In this document: positions 10,566 through 23,515 of the stretch, piece after piece
How positions within the stretch are numbered: position 1 is the stretch's first letter
How the letters are laid out: each line of letters opens with the position of its first letter
Assembly: GCA_010093995.1 (NCBI GenBank)
Contig: ML992502.1
Location: forward strand, 323,868-381,249
Reading direction: 5' to 3'
From: Elsinoe ampelina
Lineage: Eukaryota
Length of the DNA stretch: 57,382 nucleotides
The notes under the pieces: model-generated
The model's input: only the letters and a program-made list of their open reading frames with translations
Databases searched by the model: none
Told to the model about the DNA's origin: nothing
Made by a program: the position numbers and the translations under genes

Positions 10566-13500
10566 ATGGCAGCCACACAGGCCTTCCAGGTCCTAACTCC
10601 GCGGCAAGATGCTTCGGAGTCCCAGAGCAGTGGTGGCAGCATAAACACAGGCGACCCGCAGGTCGATACCTTGCTGCGTCTGTTGGCTGGTGGCTTTCAG
10701 CAAGAGGTATTATTCACACGTCCCCTTTCACATCCTCTCTGACGTTCAACAGATTAGTACAAAAGCTTTCCTCTCTGCTGTAGCATTCTCGCTACCTGTC
10801 ACATTCGGCCTAATCCTCCTCTTCTGCTTCCTACGGCCGCTCAACAATGTCGTTTACGCACCGCGTGCCAAATATGCAGACTCGAAACACGTACCTCCAC
10901 CAGTAGCTAAGCACCCGCTGGCATGGCTCACACCCGTGTTGAGGACGAGGGAGCCGGAGTTGGTGGAAAAGCTGGGACTCGACGCTACAATCTTCATCAG
11001 GTTCTCCAAGATGTGTCGGAACATCATGACTGCTCTGGCCATCATAGGATGTGGTATCCTGATTCCAACCAATGTGGTAGCTGGACGGGGCATGACAAAG
11101 TCATTCAGCAATATCAGCTTTTTGCCTCTCCTTACGCCGCAATTCCTGTATCAATCCTCGGCTTTCTGGGCATACGTCGTAGTGGCTTACCTTTTCGACA
11201 TCATCATTTGCTTCTTCCTATGGCACAACTACAAGGCCATCGTGAGGCTACGCCGCAACTGGTTCGACAGCGCGGAGTACCAGCAGAGTCTGGCAGCAAG
11301 GACTTTACTCATCACCGAGATACCAAAGGACATGCGATCGAATGAAGGCATCACTGCGTTGACAGAGCAGACGCTTAGCTCCGCGGACGTCCCTCGTGCT
11401 GCAATTGCCCGCAACGTCAAAGAACTACCAGAATTGGTGGCAGAACACACCGCCACGGTCGAGCAGCTGGAAGAAGTCCTGGCTAAATACCTCAAGAACC
11501 CAAACAATGTCCCTGCAAAACGTCCGACGTGCAAGGTCGCCAAGAAGGACGCCGCCTACCAGAAAGGCAAGAAAGTCGATGCTATCGAATACCTCTCCAA
11601 CCGCATCAAGCTTCTGGAACATCAGATCAAGGAAGTCAGGCAGACTGTGGATACACGGAATGCCATGAACTTTGGCTTTGCTAGCTGGCAACAGATCAGC
11701 GACGCTCATGCGGTCGCCTACCAAGCTCGGAAGTCAGGTAGTAAAAACACCGTGATGCGTCTTGCCCCGAAGCCTCACGATTTGATCTGGAAGAATCTGC
11801 CACTATCCAGGAAAGAGCGACGCTGGAAGAATTTCGTCCAGAATCTATGGGTGGCGCTCCTTTGCGTCGTCTGGATTGCCCCAAACGTGTTCAGCTCCAT
11901 CTTTCTGGCCAACTTGTCCAATCTTGGACAGCTCTGGCCGGCCTTCCAGCGATCACTATCAGGCCATCCCACCGCCTGGGGTATCTTCCAGGGTATCGTC
12001 CCGCCAGCTATCCAGTCAGCTTTCTATTACTTCCTCCCAGTGATATTCCGACGCCTGAGCACAAATGCTGGAGATACTACAAAGACGAGCCGCGAACGTC
12101 ACGTTCTGCACAAACTCTTCTCATTCTTCACCTTCAACAATTTGTTCATCTATTCACTCTTCTCGGCTCTCTGGGCATATGGAGCTGCGGTCATCTCCGC
12201 TATTCAGCGAGGCGACAATTGGTATGATGCGCTCGTCGAGGGCAAGCTCTTCAACCTGGTCATGCTGTCTTTGATCCCTATGTCGACCTTTTGGCTCACC
12301 TGGTTGTTACAACGTAACCTTGGTGCCGCCATCGATCTAGCACAGCTGGTGAACCTGGCCTGGGGTAGTTTCTCCCGTCGATTCTTGTCACCAACTCCTC
12401 GCCAGCTCATCAGGCTATCAGCACCACAGCCATTTGATTATGCTGGATACTACAACTACTTCCTCTTTTACATGACGGTAGCGCTCGTTTACGCCCCCTT
12501 GCAGCCTTTAGTACTCCCAGTGACCGCGCTGTACTTCTGGTTGGACAGCCACATGAAGAAGTACCTGCTTATGTACGTATTCATCACCAAGACTGAATCT
12601 GGTGGGCGTTTCTGGCGTGTACTGTTCAACAGAGTAATCTTCAACGCCCTCTTCAGCAACGCTCTCATCGCCTTGGTAGTTGTAGCACAGGGCAACTCCT
12701 GGGCTATGCTCGCCGCGCTTGCGCCACTGCCATTCCTGATGCTCGGCTTCAAGTTCTACTGCGCAAAGGCCTTTGATACTCAGATCGAGTATTACACCAC
12801 CAAAACCGATGGCGAAAGTACTTCCGGCAACGGTGCCAGCAAAGAGGTCAAGCGTGGAACCGAAAAAGTTGGCGTTCGATTTGGCAATCCGGTCCTCTAC
12901 AAGCCTCTCATTACTCCCATGGTTCATGCGAAATCTCAACATCTACTCGCCGGCATATACACTGGTAGGACCTCGGACGAAGACTATCAAGATTCGGGCT
13001 ATTCAGACGTGTACATGAATCCGATGTCCTCATCTCGACCAGGCAAGCCAGCAAATACCACCAGCGCTCCCTTCGAGATCGTCGGTGAAAACGAGCTTAG
13101 CTTTGAGCACTGGAAGGATAAGGCCGAATTCCGAGACGCGGCAGGCGGCGATGGTGAGCTTTTCGGTCGTTCAGCCGATATGATCCGTCGGGGTTCGGAG
13201 CAGAGCACAATGACCGAGATGATGTACGGAGGCACCAGACCTGACAGTCGTGCTAGCCATTCTCGGTCCGATTCGGTCAGCAGTGACCGCACGAAGGTCG
13301 AGGGCGGTATGCAGTACCCTGCCGGCTACCACAATCCGGTCCGGTCTGGTAGCAACCTGCGCGATCAATCTGTTGGCAGTGACAGCGGGCGTAGCGACTG
13401 GGGTGCAGGCGAGGAAGGGCGAAGAGATCTGCTACGAGGTGCGGCAAGAATGGGTCGCAGTCCACCACCTGGTCGCGTCCCAGTCGGGCGAGGGCCAAAT

Positions 13501-13635
13501 AGCGAACGAGATGGCAGCAGAGGCCCATTGAACCGATTCGGAGATGGGTATGGAACTTACGCCAGCACACCGGGGGAGACGCCTGGTGAACAGCAGACGA
13601 GTTATGATTATTTCAGGAGGGGGAGACAGGGTTAA
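10566..13635 (+). CDS. CSC1/OSCA/TMEM63 (DUF221, RSN1/PHM7-like) calcium-permeable stress-gated channel; intron about 10708-10751
   Basis: VYAPRAK, GLDATIFIRF, LAPKPHDLIWKNL, YAPLQPLVLP and KTESGGRFW motifs with many TM helices. Confidence 0.93.
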
Positions 13636-14206
13636 TTGTGAGCTGACAGGGGGTAATGATAATGACTGACGACTAGATTGGGGGTGACCCAGTATGTGCA
13701 TGGGATATAGTGTCGCCACAAGGCTGGGATATATGGCAATTTAGGGACATTTTAGAAGTCTTGTAGTGACCTGTTATAGACTTCTCAGCACCGCAATCTG
13801 CATGCCGCGCTGGTGATTTGGTTTCAAAAGTGGATGCTGCTGTGATCCTGATTTCGTGAGGTGTGTGATGGCATGGACGCAAGCCAGCAGAGCCGCACAC
13901 ACAGACCTCGGCTGTCCTTCGTGACATCGCTCGTCCAGCGCACTTCACTCCTCACTCGAGAATGTCAGCCCACTCATGCAAGTGTCACAACCTAAGAACG
14001 CCATCGAATTGGACACGCATGTGCATACTTCACAAGCCAAGCTTTGTCCGAAAGCAATGAGGGACGACAGCAGGACGAGCCTGGCAGCGGCGCGCCACGG
14101 AGGTTGACGAAACTGGGCGGCCAATATGAGCCCAAGACTGCATATCAGACAAGACGCTCGAACCGATGCTCACGAAAAAGGAAGAATGCATTGGAAGCAG
14201 CTCAAG

Positions 14207-14753
14207 TCAATCAAAAAACTCGTTGTGGTCGGCAACCACCTCCAGCACCCTACGCACAAACGCCTTTCTTTCCTCCACTCCACGCCCAACGGCCGTGAAC
14301 CAATTCGCAAAAGTCAGCCTGCTGTGAGAGCCACCACCCAGATCGATCTTCAGCAGTCCAAAAGTCAAAGTCTCGTCGCTACACACTGGGTCAGTTGATG
14401 GTCGCGCGATTCCAGCAGAAAACTCACGTCTCGAACGGAAATCTGCCTAGGAAGAGCCTCCCGTCCCGCCAAAGTCGCATGAACACGTTGTCTGTCCGTG
14501 TCATGCATTCGGTGTACGAGGCGCCTTCGGAATCCGTGCCTTGTTTTTGAGCTGGCAAAGGTCCCTTCTCCTCGAAAGCACCATGCTCCAGCGGTCGGAC
14601 TGAGACAATGGCCGTCATTTGCCCTGCTTCATTGGTGCTGCAGGCCAGGGATTCGATGTAGAAGGATTGCGGGACTGATGCGACCCTCTTCACCCTGATC
14701 ATGGGAATCGCGGGTTCGGCGTGCCATGGCTCGGGACTTGGGGTTCGCGACAT
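14207..14753 (-). CDS. Orphan tandem family copy 1 (165 aa); intron 14427-14379
   Basis: VPQSF...NVFMRLWRDGRLFLG | DETLTFGLLKI...FANWFTAVGRGVEERKAFVRRVLE; GTGAGT..CTGAC..TAG phase-2 intron. Confidence 0.8.
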
Positions 14754-15242
14754 TGTTGCGAATACTTGGAGCTGTGAAAGTGCGACTGCGGAAAGGTCAG
14801 CTGATGATCAGATCTGATGACCCAGAAGCGATGAGAGTGGAGTGACAGGAGAGATTGACCGTATGTGCTTACTGTGGTCGAGGGCGCATTTATGTTCGCC
14901 GACCACCCCGAGCATGGTCGGATGCCCCTTCAGTCGCGTCGAAGCCGCTGCGTGGCACGATTTCCGTGGACAGATCTCAGGAAGAACACGAAGTGAGGGC
15001 GCTTACCCAGACATCCTGATCCCATTTAGTATCTGCAATCAAGGTCAAGCCTGACACGAGACGGCCGGAAATCATGGTAGTACGTCCTCCTCAAATGCTG
15101 CCAGCCAAAGAATGCAGAAGGCGACATGGCAGAGAAGGGCAGAAGACCTCTTACAATAACTCACGCAAAACACTGGGCCTCACTGGCAAACAACGGAAAT
15201 CTGCCCAATTTGCACAATCTGGATATTCTGATACTCGATTTG

Positions 15243-15856
15243 TCAATCGTCCCAAACTTCCGACCAGTACTGCGAATGCCTTTCAAGCAAATCGAAAGTG
15301 GCGTGTGCGAAATCTACCTTGCTCACCACTCCCCTCTCTCCTGCGGCCACCCACGCTTTGAAGCCGAGATTTCCAAGGCTTCGCTGCACGTACTGATCCT
15401 GCAGGGTCTGTGGATGATAGATTGTTGGACCAATTCTCGTCAGTCCAACAAAGAAGTACTCCTTCCTAGGTTCTGCAGTCAGCATAACTGCTTGTCAAGG
15501 ATGACGACGACTCACTCCTCAGTGTCCAGGTCGTACTGTCCAACCATGATCCTCCCATCATTTCTGATTCGGACATGGTATCCGTCCTGATCCTCTACTC
15601 GGACCTCGGAAGGTAGCCTAGGTGCTGCCCAAGATAGTGGACCATGGGCGTCGACCTCAACTGCCTCACCCGACGTCACGGGCATTGGTTGAATGATGAA
15701 TCGCGCCCGGCCGAAGGGATGGTACTTCCGATTTTGTTGCGCACCCGGGCTCTGGTCTTGGTCCTGGTACACGATTGACAAATCGACATCTCGAAGGATG
15801 AATGGCTTTGGTGGCTGATCGATCGGCCAGATTGACACTTTGATTGGTGGCTCCAT
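15243..15856 (-). CDS. Orphan tandem family copy 2; intron 15515-15466
   Basis: PPKPF...YHVRIRNDGRIMVG | KEYFFVGLTRI...FKAWVAA...DFAHATFD. Confidence 0.8.
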
Positions 15857-16223
15857 CTGTTCCGATACTTTGGTGAAAAGCTATAGCCGATTCTGTCTTC
15901 TTCGATGGCTTCTTCTCTTAACCTTATACGCGCCAGACTTCCCGCTACTACCGCCGTCCCCTGTTGTTGACCCATGTCAAATCTAACAGTTCCCTACCAC
16001 TCAGGCAGCAACAGGCGGGGCTTGTGTTCACCGTACACTCAGCCGGTCGTACACGCATCAGTGTCATGCAGCTTTCCGAAGCCTGACTCGCAGTCCTGCC
16101 AGGACTCTCCCCGACCAGATCTTCGATCCGGTCATCTCTAGTAGTACACAGACATTCGTGTACACAAACATTGGCGCGCACATGCAACGGACAGCGTTTC
16201 TTAGAATCTTGTTTACTCTCAAT

Positions 16224-16811
16224 TCATTGGCTACATGAACTGTGCTTCACATCTGCCGACCGGAACACAGCATGTGCTACCTCCCTCTTCGAGTGCTGGG
16301 ACGTGCTCGTCGCCTCGTACCAGCTATCAATCGCCACGTTGTCCAGTCGATGATTGATCCGCTGGCCCATGATCTCTTCTTCGCTGTGTACCTCGACCGG
16401 AGTCCGGCCCAAACCGAAGAAGAATCTCTCGCCAGCACTGCACCAGTCAGTGCGCGCCTGGCGAAGCAATAGTCCATAGACTCGCCTGGTCGTCTGGAAG
16501 CATCCCAGTGCTACCCTGCCATCCTCCCAGAGTCGCATGTGAAAGCGACTATCGAGTCCCTCGATATGTGTACTGGGCGGCCAGGTATCTCCGTTCGCTT
16601 GCAGAGGCACATGCGTTTGGATGATGCCTTGCGTTCCGCTGGCGCCGGGATAGACTGGCCGCACTTCGAAGAGGATTCGCCATGATGGACCAGAACCTCC
16701 ACCTCGATGTACTGTGAAAGTGATGCTGGCGCTGAGATCCACGACCGAGAAGGGCTGTGGGATGTCGATGGTGCTGATCTTTCGGATCGTGAAAGTTACT
16801 TGAGTGGACAT
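16224..16811 (-). CDS. Orphan tandem family copy 3; in-frame 48-nt GC-AG intron 16485-16438
   Basis: IPQPF...WPP...FHMRLWEDGRVALG | ERFFFGLGR...IDSWYEA...EVAHAVFR. Confidence 0.8.
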   Translation of the reverse strand: MSTQVTFTIRKISTIDIPQPFSVVDLSASITFTVHRGGGSGPSWRILFEVRPVYPGASGTQGIIQTHVPLQANGDTWPPSTHIEGLDSRFHMRLWEDGRVALGCFQTTRRVYGLLLRQARTDWCSAGERFFFGLGRTPVEVHSEEEIMGQRINHRLDNVAIDSWYEATSTSQHSKREVAHAVFRSADVKHSSCSQ

Positions 16812-17592
16812 GCTGAGAGTATTATTGCTGGAAACGAGCGAAGAGAATTGCTGCGCTGCCCCCTTAAGTACTGCCCAGACCGGGCAGACAATTCCTCGGC
16901 TGACCAATGTGTACACTGGCCCTGTCTCTCAAACCACGCAGAATTGCTTGGCACCAAAAGACAGCGCTTGTACGAGGCACCTCGTCTCCAGAGACCCACG
17001 CTGTTCCATCGTCTGAGACCAACGTATTACCTGATGAAGTCAACCTACGCCTGTCGTACATATCAAGATTTTTCACCGAACATCAACCCGCCTTTTTGGA
17101 ATCGGGCTGGGTCGGGCGTGTCTTGAGCCTATGATCCAGCGCCTGGTCACATGTGAGGACGGTAGGCAAAGACCTGGGCGCCTATTTCAGCGAGCTCAGA
17201 CGCTGACATGTCCACGTCTCCAACCAGCGTGGACGCCAATGGAGATATGTACACATTCATCAAATGTCGATATGCCATACTGGCGATGGAGGGCACTATC
17301 GCAACGTCCCATGCAGGGACGGGCTATGTGAATCCTCGGTCGCATGTCCCTGGGGAAATTGCACTGGCAGTCTTCGATGCGGGCAAGTCATGCTGGGATC
17401 TAACGATGTGGAACATGGCATGCTTGAACTCGGACATTCGGTTTGATCAGATATCTCTTGCGACGATCTGATGCACACGGGAGAAGCTACTACATATCCG
17501 AAATAACACAAGCTTTGTGATTTTACAGGCTATCTATGAATTTGCTTCGACCTTGGACCTTGCTGTTGACTATAATGTTTCCGAGATCGCCT

Positions 17593-18218
17593 TCATGGGA
17601 AGAGGTTTTCTCGATCTGCTTTGCGCCAGACTGCTCTCGAGAAGGCGCCTATTTCTAGGACCCCGCTCGGTTGAGCGGTCCATGCGACATACCAGTGACT
17701 GAATGTCACGAGCGGCAGGGTGATGGGATCAGTCAGGACCCTGACCTCCCCAGAAGCCCCACGTACTTGGTCATTACCCTCCACCGATTGTACGCTGTTC
17801 CGGCACGTTCCGAAATAAAATAGTCGATGGCCGCTTTCGTCTGTTTCAGTCGTATTCTTCGTAAAGCGCTTTGCAAATACCTCGATGTCTGGTCAAAGTA
17901 ACCAGCTGCCATGCGTCCATCTTCCCAATTGTTGATGAACAAATTCCGAGTGGTAAGTGCTTCTTGTAATGCAGGAACGAATCTTCTCGGTCTGCGGCAG
18001 CGCCGTAAAGGGAGAGCTGTTGGTCCAGGAGTTGGCCCAGGCAATCCAGGATTTGCCACCAAGACCTGGAACCAGATTTGCCACTTAATGTTACCACCGC
18101 CTCTAGATTCGACATTTCTATAGTCAAGCAGTCTTCCGGAGAAGTCCTGGAAGTAAAACGCGTTCGGAGCTGCCGCGATACGCCTCACAAAGATCTCGAC
18201 TTCGGATCCTGAAGGCAT
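17593..18218 (-). CDS. Orphan tandem family copy 4; intron about 17880-17834
   Basis: APNAF...WQIWF...NLFINNWEDGRMAAGYF | HRLFYFGTCR...FSHWYVA...AFSRAVWR. Confidence 0.75.
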
Positions 18219-18936
18219 TGCTGATGTGCGTTCTTGTCTGTGGGATTGTGTTTGAGTCGATACTCGCACTAGGCGTCATCTTTATATGTGGTACTGGAGG
18301 CTTTGACTGATCTTGCGGACACCATTGCACAGAGTATAGAATAACGTATCTGCTGAGGATTGTTTTTGTCGTCCTGGATTTAGACTGGCTTGGGTGCATC
18401 TTAAGCCCATGGTTTCGCGCCGTGATAAACGAGCATGCATGCTATACCACTCAGAAAGCGCTGGCTCCACAATGGTGCACGCTTGGGTATGTTCTGTGCG
18501 AACGAAAAGCCGGGAATGCCTCTCAAGTTTTGCTTGTGCGAAGGGGTGTGGACGAAGCTCATGAACGACTGTGCCATCACACTCAGCCATCAAATAGAAT
18601 GTTTCGATCAGGAATCTCTTCTGATACGCGAGTACTCATGAGATGGCTGGTATAATTATACAGGGTGAAAGACCGTGGAAGGCAGCTCACGAAGGACCAA
18701 TTAAAATAACCAGACGGCCGTTCGTACGACACAAACAAGAACGCCTGCCACCATCCAGCACTGTTGGCACGATTGCTCACCATGGTGGCGGGACGATGCA
18801 TCCGAATACAGGCAAAGACAAAGTCTATTGCGACAGGAAAGCCTGCCAGAAATATATCTTCTAATTGGTCATCACATCAATACTGGAGCCCTGCCTCTCG
18901 TGGACCTCGATATTCGAAGTGGCGAAAACCGCCTTG

Positions 18937-19506
18937 TCATCCCTGCCTCATCTTCCTAACCAGCTGTTCATACACTTGGCTGAGAAACGCATCTTTGTCG
19001 ACGGTGTCTCCATCTGCCACCCACCACTGATCAAAATCCACCTTCGGTAGGTGCATCAGTCCGCCGTTCATGTACATTGCTCCCGGATCTGCGATAGTCG
19101 TGATGTGAGTCCGAACAGTCCCGAAGAAGAAGCGCTCAACACCCCTGTCTCGATCAGCAATCCTGCATCATCAATGTGGAGGGAGGACATACTCATGGAA
19201 GGCAAAATAACCGGCAGATATCCAGCCATCTCTCGCCATTTTGATATGGAGGTTACTGTAGAGCATAGTCTCATGCAAGACTGGAGGAAATCGCGTCTTC
19301 ATCGCGGTCTTGTCCAGCTGGACAGGGCCCGAGGCCGGTCCAGGCAGGTCAGGATCGCTGGTGACGATGATCCAGTCGAAGTGCCACCTTAGTTGTTCGG
19401 TATTCCAATCATGGGAGAAGAGCTTTCCTGTGAATGCTAGGAAGCAGAAAGGGTTGGGAATGCTGTCCCTGGGCGAGATTTTCATGGCAGGTGAACACGT
19501 GGACAT
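18937..19506 (-). CDS. Orphan tandem family copy 5; intron 19192-19145
   Basis: IPNPF...WHFDW...FPP...NLHIKMARDGWISAGYF | VERFFFGTVR...FDQWWVA...AFLSQVYE (exon 2 translated by hand). Confidence 0.8.
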
Positions 19507-19603
19507 GTTGTCAGTCAGGTTCGATCTGCGGTGGTGTTTAAAGAGATGAAGAGCAGCGACTCCCAGGAATATGTTGATTTATATCCTCAGAGATCGACAC
19601 ACA

Positions 19604-19615
19604 CACATGTCAAGA
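19604..19615 (-). promoter_or_regulatory. Candidate shared upstream motif TCTTGACATGTG, 5' of a TATAAA box (copy 5)
   Basis: The identical 12-mer occurs at 23504-23515, at the same distance (about 97 nt) upstream of the copy 8 ATG. Confidence 0.4.
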
Positions 19616-20150
19616 GCTGGCACAAGCAAGGTTGACCTATCGCTTGGCGGGAAATGACTGTGATACATTCCTGTTCCACCTAGGACTGTTCAGGTCAAGC
19701 TGACCGAGTCGTTCGTATCATGGTGGTTCAAGAGAATCTGGATTGGACCAAGACTAAATACTCAGATATCTCACACGAGAGACTACGGACGGATACACAG
19801 TCCGGGGCACAAGCTTCACAATCATCACAGACGCAGGGGCCCGTCCTCGGCGGAGATGATCATTCGATCACGGCTCACAGTCGCAACTATCACCACGAAA
19901 GTGGGCCAAATACCTATCAATACTGTGTACAAGCGTGGAGACGCCGTCATGAGGCAGTCCTGATCGCACGAGCCATCTCGAAAACAACTTGATCGAATCT
20001 CTAGCTACCACGATTGCTTATTCAGTCATAGAGTCTCTCAGTCTCTCTGATATGCTACTCCCCTCCCTCTCAGTGTCTCTCAGTCGACACTCTTGTTCAT
20101 AAGAAAACGTCGGCGACAACTCCAGAAACTCATTCTCGACCTCCTCCAGA

Positions 20151-20780
20151 TCACAGACCCTCATAAAGACCCGCAAAGTTCTCGCACGCCTGCATGACAT
20201 GTGCAGCAAACGTCCCCTCCGACTGCCCCTCCTGCCTCCCCGTGCACACCGCCCACTTGAGGAAATACAGCGTGGGCAAACGGACAAAAGCAGTTCCCTT
20301 CTCGGCCTCTTTCATCGAGAAATGGGAAGTGGCGATGCGCGCCGCTCCGAGGTAGAGGTCCCTGTCGCCACTTGATATCAACCTGTCAGCGCCTACCACA
20401 TGTCGGAAAAATGATCACAGCAAGACTCACTAATACGTCGTCCTATACGTCCCCACAACCAAGATCCCATTCTCGAAACACCTCGCGAAAGAGTTCAGAC
20501 CCAGATACGAGAAGGCCTGCGGGAAGCTCAAACGAACGGGCTGACTATCGAGTTGCTTGACGAAAGGTCCGACCAGGGGTACATGGTGAGCGTCGAAAGG
20601 TGCGATCATCCAGTCGATTTGCCAGAAGAACCGAGGTTCACGGGGCTGCGGGAGGGTGGTCGTTGTCTTGCTGGCGGCCGGCTCCATGCGGACGAGCTTG
20701 GCTCCGAAGGGGCGGAGGAAGAAGGGCTGGGGGACTGATTCGAAGGGGAGGAGTCTGTAGGAGGGAGTTGTTGTTGCCAT
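20151..20780 (-). CDS. Orphan tandem family copy 6; intron about 20430-20371
   Basis: VPQPF...WQIDW...FPQ...NSFARCFENGILVVGTY | RDLYLGAARI...FLKWAVCTG...TFAAHVMQ. The apparent TAG is split by the TA|GTGAGT donor. Confidence 0.78.
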
Positions 20781-21312
20781 GTTCGAGTGTAGGGTGGGGA
20801 TCAGGTTGGTGAAGTCGTGGTGAGGTAGATGTCAGAAGTGAGTGTGATGTTGAGTAAGGTTGAGGTAAGTCGAGTACCAGAAGGGAGTGTGATGATTGGT
20901 GAGAAGATAAGAGTGATCTGAAGTGAAGCTAAGTATGGGCCGTGATGGAAAGGCGATGCTTTTGATGTGATCATCTGCTTGATGGTATCTCTCGACTATC
21001 CTGTTCATTCATGAGGCGCCGCGGGGATGTTCCACTGCAGGTGTCGAAATCAAGCGCTCGTGGTTGTGATAACAGTCGCCCTCGGACGACGACATGCAGT
21101 CTTAGACGCCGACTTGACTGTTTACGCCGCAAGTCATTCGTCACTTCCATGTTGAAAGATACTGTCCTTGGCGTATGGCGGTGTGTGCTTCACTGGCGTC
21201 TAGATAGATGATCTGCATGGTATTTGAGCACCATGTTGACTTGGAACAACTTTAGAACAGGGCACGGGACCATGATCTGTTACAGCGGTGGGATTGCCAG
21301 GTGAGGTCTATA

Positions 21313-22071
21313 TCAAGCTGAAGCGAATTCATTCAGCCATTCCTCGTATGCTACTTCGGCATCGAGGTTATCTGCCTCTGTGTCTAGGCTGCTATTATCC
21401 TCTTCCTCTTGTGCGCCCCAGCCAAGGAGATTTCGCGTTTCAACAACCATGTCCCAGAAGAGGAGGCCATTGAACTTCCATGCATCATGCCCTACCTCTT
21501 CTAAAGCTCTCGTTGCGAATGAAGCCTCGTCTCGCCCTGCGCTGGTCGTCTCGTACCATGACTCGAAGAAGAGTTCTGGAACATGAAAGACACAGAGAGC
21601 GTTGCACATCAAGTCGTGTTGTGTGCCTGTCATTCGTATGCGGGCTATACCAACGTAAAGCACTCTGGTACCACTAGCAAAAAGTCAGTGGGCTATGGAA
21701 GGATATCCACCATGGACTCACTCTTCATTATCCCCGTACAGGGCAATCGCCAGCCGCCCATCCGCCCAGAGTCTCAAATGACAGTTTTGTTTTGTGTCCT
21801 TCTGCCTAAAGTCTTCGTGGATGAACGCTGGTGGCGAAACGCAGCATTGTGCTTGATCAATAGCCAGAGTCCGCCGTGACGCTGTCCATCTCGCTCTCGC
21901 TCCAATACCAAGGGGATAGACCGTCCAGTTCGTGATCCAATACCATTCTGCTAGACTTTGATGGCTCGTTTGTATTGGTGCCATGCGGATGCTCAGATCC
22001 CGGATCATGAGCCTCTCGGGCATGTAGGTGGTCTCGTACATGACGATTGGCTGAACAAAAGGTGAGAACAT
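21313..22071 (-). CDS. Orphan tandem family copy 7 (236 aa, acidic tail); intron 21721-21674
   Basis: WITNW...SPP...NCHLRLWADGRLAIALY | RVLYVGIARI...FESWYET...SFATRALE. Confidence 0.78.
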
Positions 22072-22658
22072 CACTGGAGAGTCTCAAAGGCTCGTGAAAG
22101 ATCACTTGAGAATATGGAACCGTAGATGAGCAGAGAGGAGACCACTCATGTAGAGACCTCGCTGCGGTCTTCGTTGCAAGTGGTAATCCCTGCATGTGCG
22201 CACGTCCAGATGAACACGAGCGCTTGCTGCGACCCAGCTAGCTTCACATAGTGCCTGTAGTGTATGATTGCTAAGACCAGAGGCGTCCAAGCGAATTTGG
22301 CCAGACGACGGAAAATTCTTTCCATGGGGAACTTCTAATAGTCGCCAAAGTCGAAACGAATGTCAAAGAAATTTGACGGCTTGTTAGGATGCTTATGTAC
22401 GACTTCGCCAGCGAAGCAGCAAACACGAATGCAGCTACCCAAGCGCTAGTGGGCGCCTGTGCAACGTGCAGTCTGAGGGGTTTGATGATGATCAGCAGCC
22501 AGTGTCAACTTCAGCTCGAATCTGTGTTGTCTACGCAGTCTGGAGCACGAAGAATTGTTCCGGGAAAGGCTTGTCGCAAGCGCGACATGCTTGTGATCAG
22601 TCAAGTCGATTGAAAGTTTGTATTGAGGACGAAACCACGCTCGTACTCACCAGATCTC

Positions 22659-23408
22659 TCAGTGTTCGATCTCTTCGCTGACCAGTTCCACGTCTGTGAA
22701 ACCATAGTCCAGGGCCTGAGACTTCCCACCTTCTGCTGCAGAGGTTCCGTCATCTTCTGGCATTTCCTTCGGCGCGAACATCTCTTTTCGTTTGTCCATG
22801 AGTCGGAAAACGCTGAGCACGAAAGCGGCACGATCACCCTTGTCAATCCCTCCATCGTCGGCTCTGTACCATCGATCGAAGCGAATTTTTGACGCTTTGT
22901 ACCATTGACCTTCTTCAACGCTTGCCTCATGCTCATTGTTTGACTTGATTATGGTTGCGCCGAAGTAGAAGCGATTGTACTCATCCCTGTCTACTGTAAG
23001 CTTGGTGTTGTACATGTCTTATTCTGACCTGACTTACCCCTCCCCTTCCAGATAAAGACCCACAGCAAATCTCCTGTCGATCCAGCACCTGAGAAAAACG
23101 TTTTCAAATTGATGAACATATTCGAATTGTGGGGGAAAGGTGAAGCCCCCTCCACTGCAAGGCATTTCCAAAGAACCATTGATCCTTCCAGGTAGCCACC
23201 AAGCATAGGCTGGCCAGATCGACCAAGTGACCTCCCATGATCTTCCGCGCCCGTGGTTAGAGCTGGTGGTTTCAGGGTGTATCCTGGCGTACAGGTGGTG
23301 AACTAGAATCGTGCAAGGGATCTCACGGACCTCTTCAATATTTGGTTCATACCTGCGAGCCATCTCGCGCAATTCTTCGGGGTGGGCCAGAGCGAAATCC
23401 GGCATCAT
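22659..23408 (-). CDS. Orphan tandem family copy 8 (acidic tail); intron 23037-22987
   Basis: WEVTW...FPPQFEY...NVFLRCWIDRRFAVGLY | NRFYFGATII...FDRWYRA...AFVLSVFR. Confidence 0.8.
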
Positions 23409-23503
23409 CGCTGTAGCGACAGAGAAGGATGAGTAAAATAAATGGGAGTCAGAGTCAGTTTCACTAAACCATAACGTCGCTTCTTGGGAATATATATTGC
23501 CCT

Positions 23504-23515
23504 CACATGTCAAGA
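23504..23515 (-). promoter_or_regulatory. Candidate shared upstream motif TCTTGACATGTG, 5' of a TATATA box (copy 8)
   Basis: Identical to 19604-19615; the core TTGACATG is also at 15973-15980 upstream of copy 2. Confidence 0.4.

Noticed and set aside
16811..16916. Longer N-termini given by the ORF track for several array copies (also 18269, 23513, 24878, 27215, 30109)
   Set aside because: They mostly start at non-ATG codons or run through TATA-containing promoter DNA; family alignment supports the downstream ATGs.
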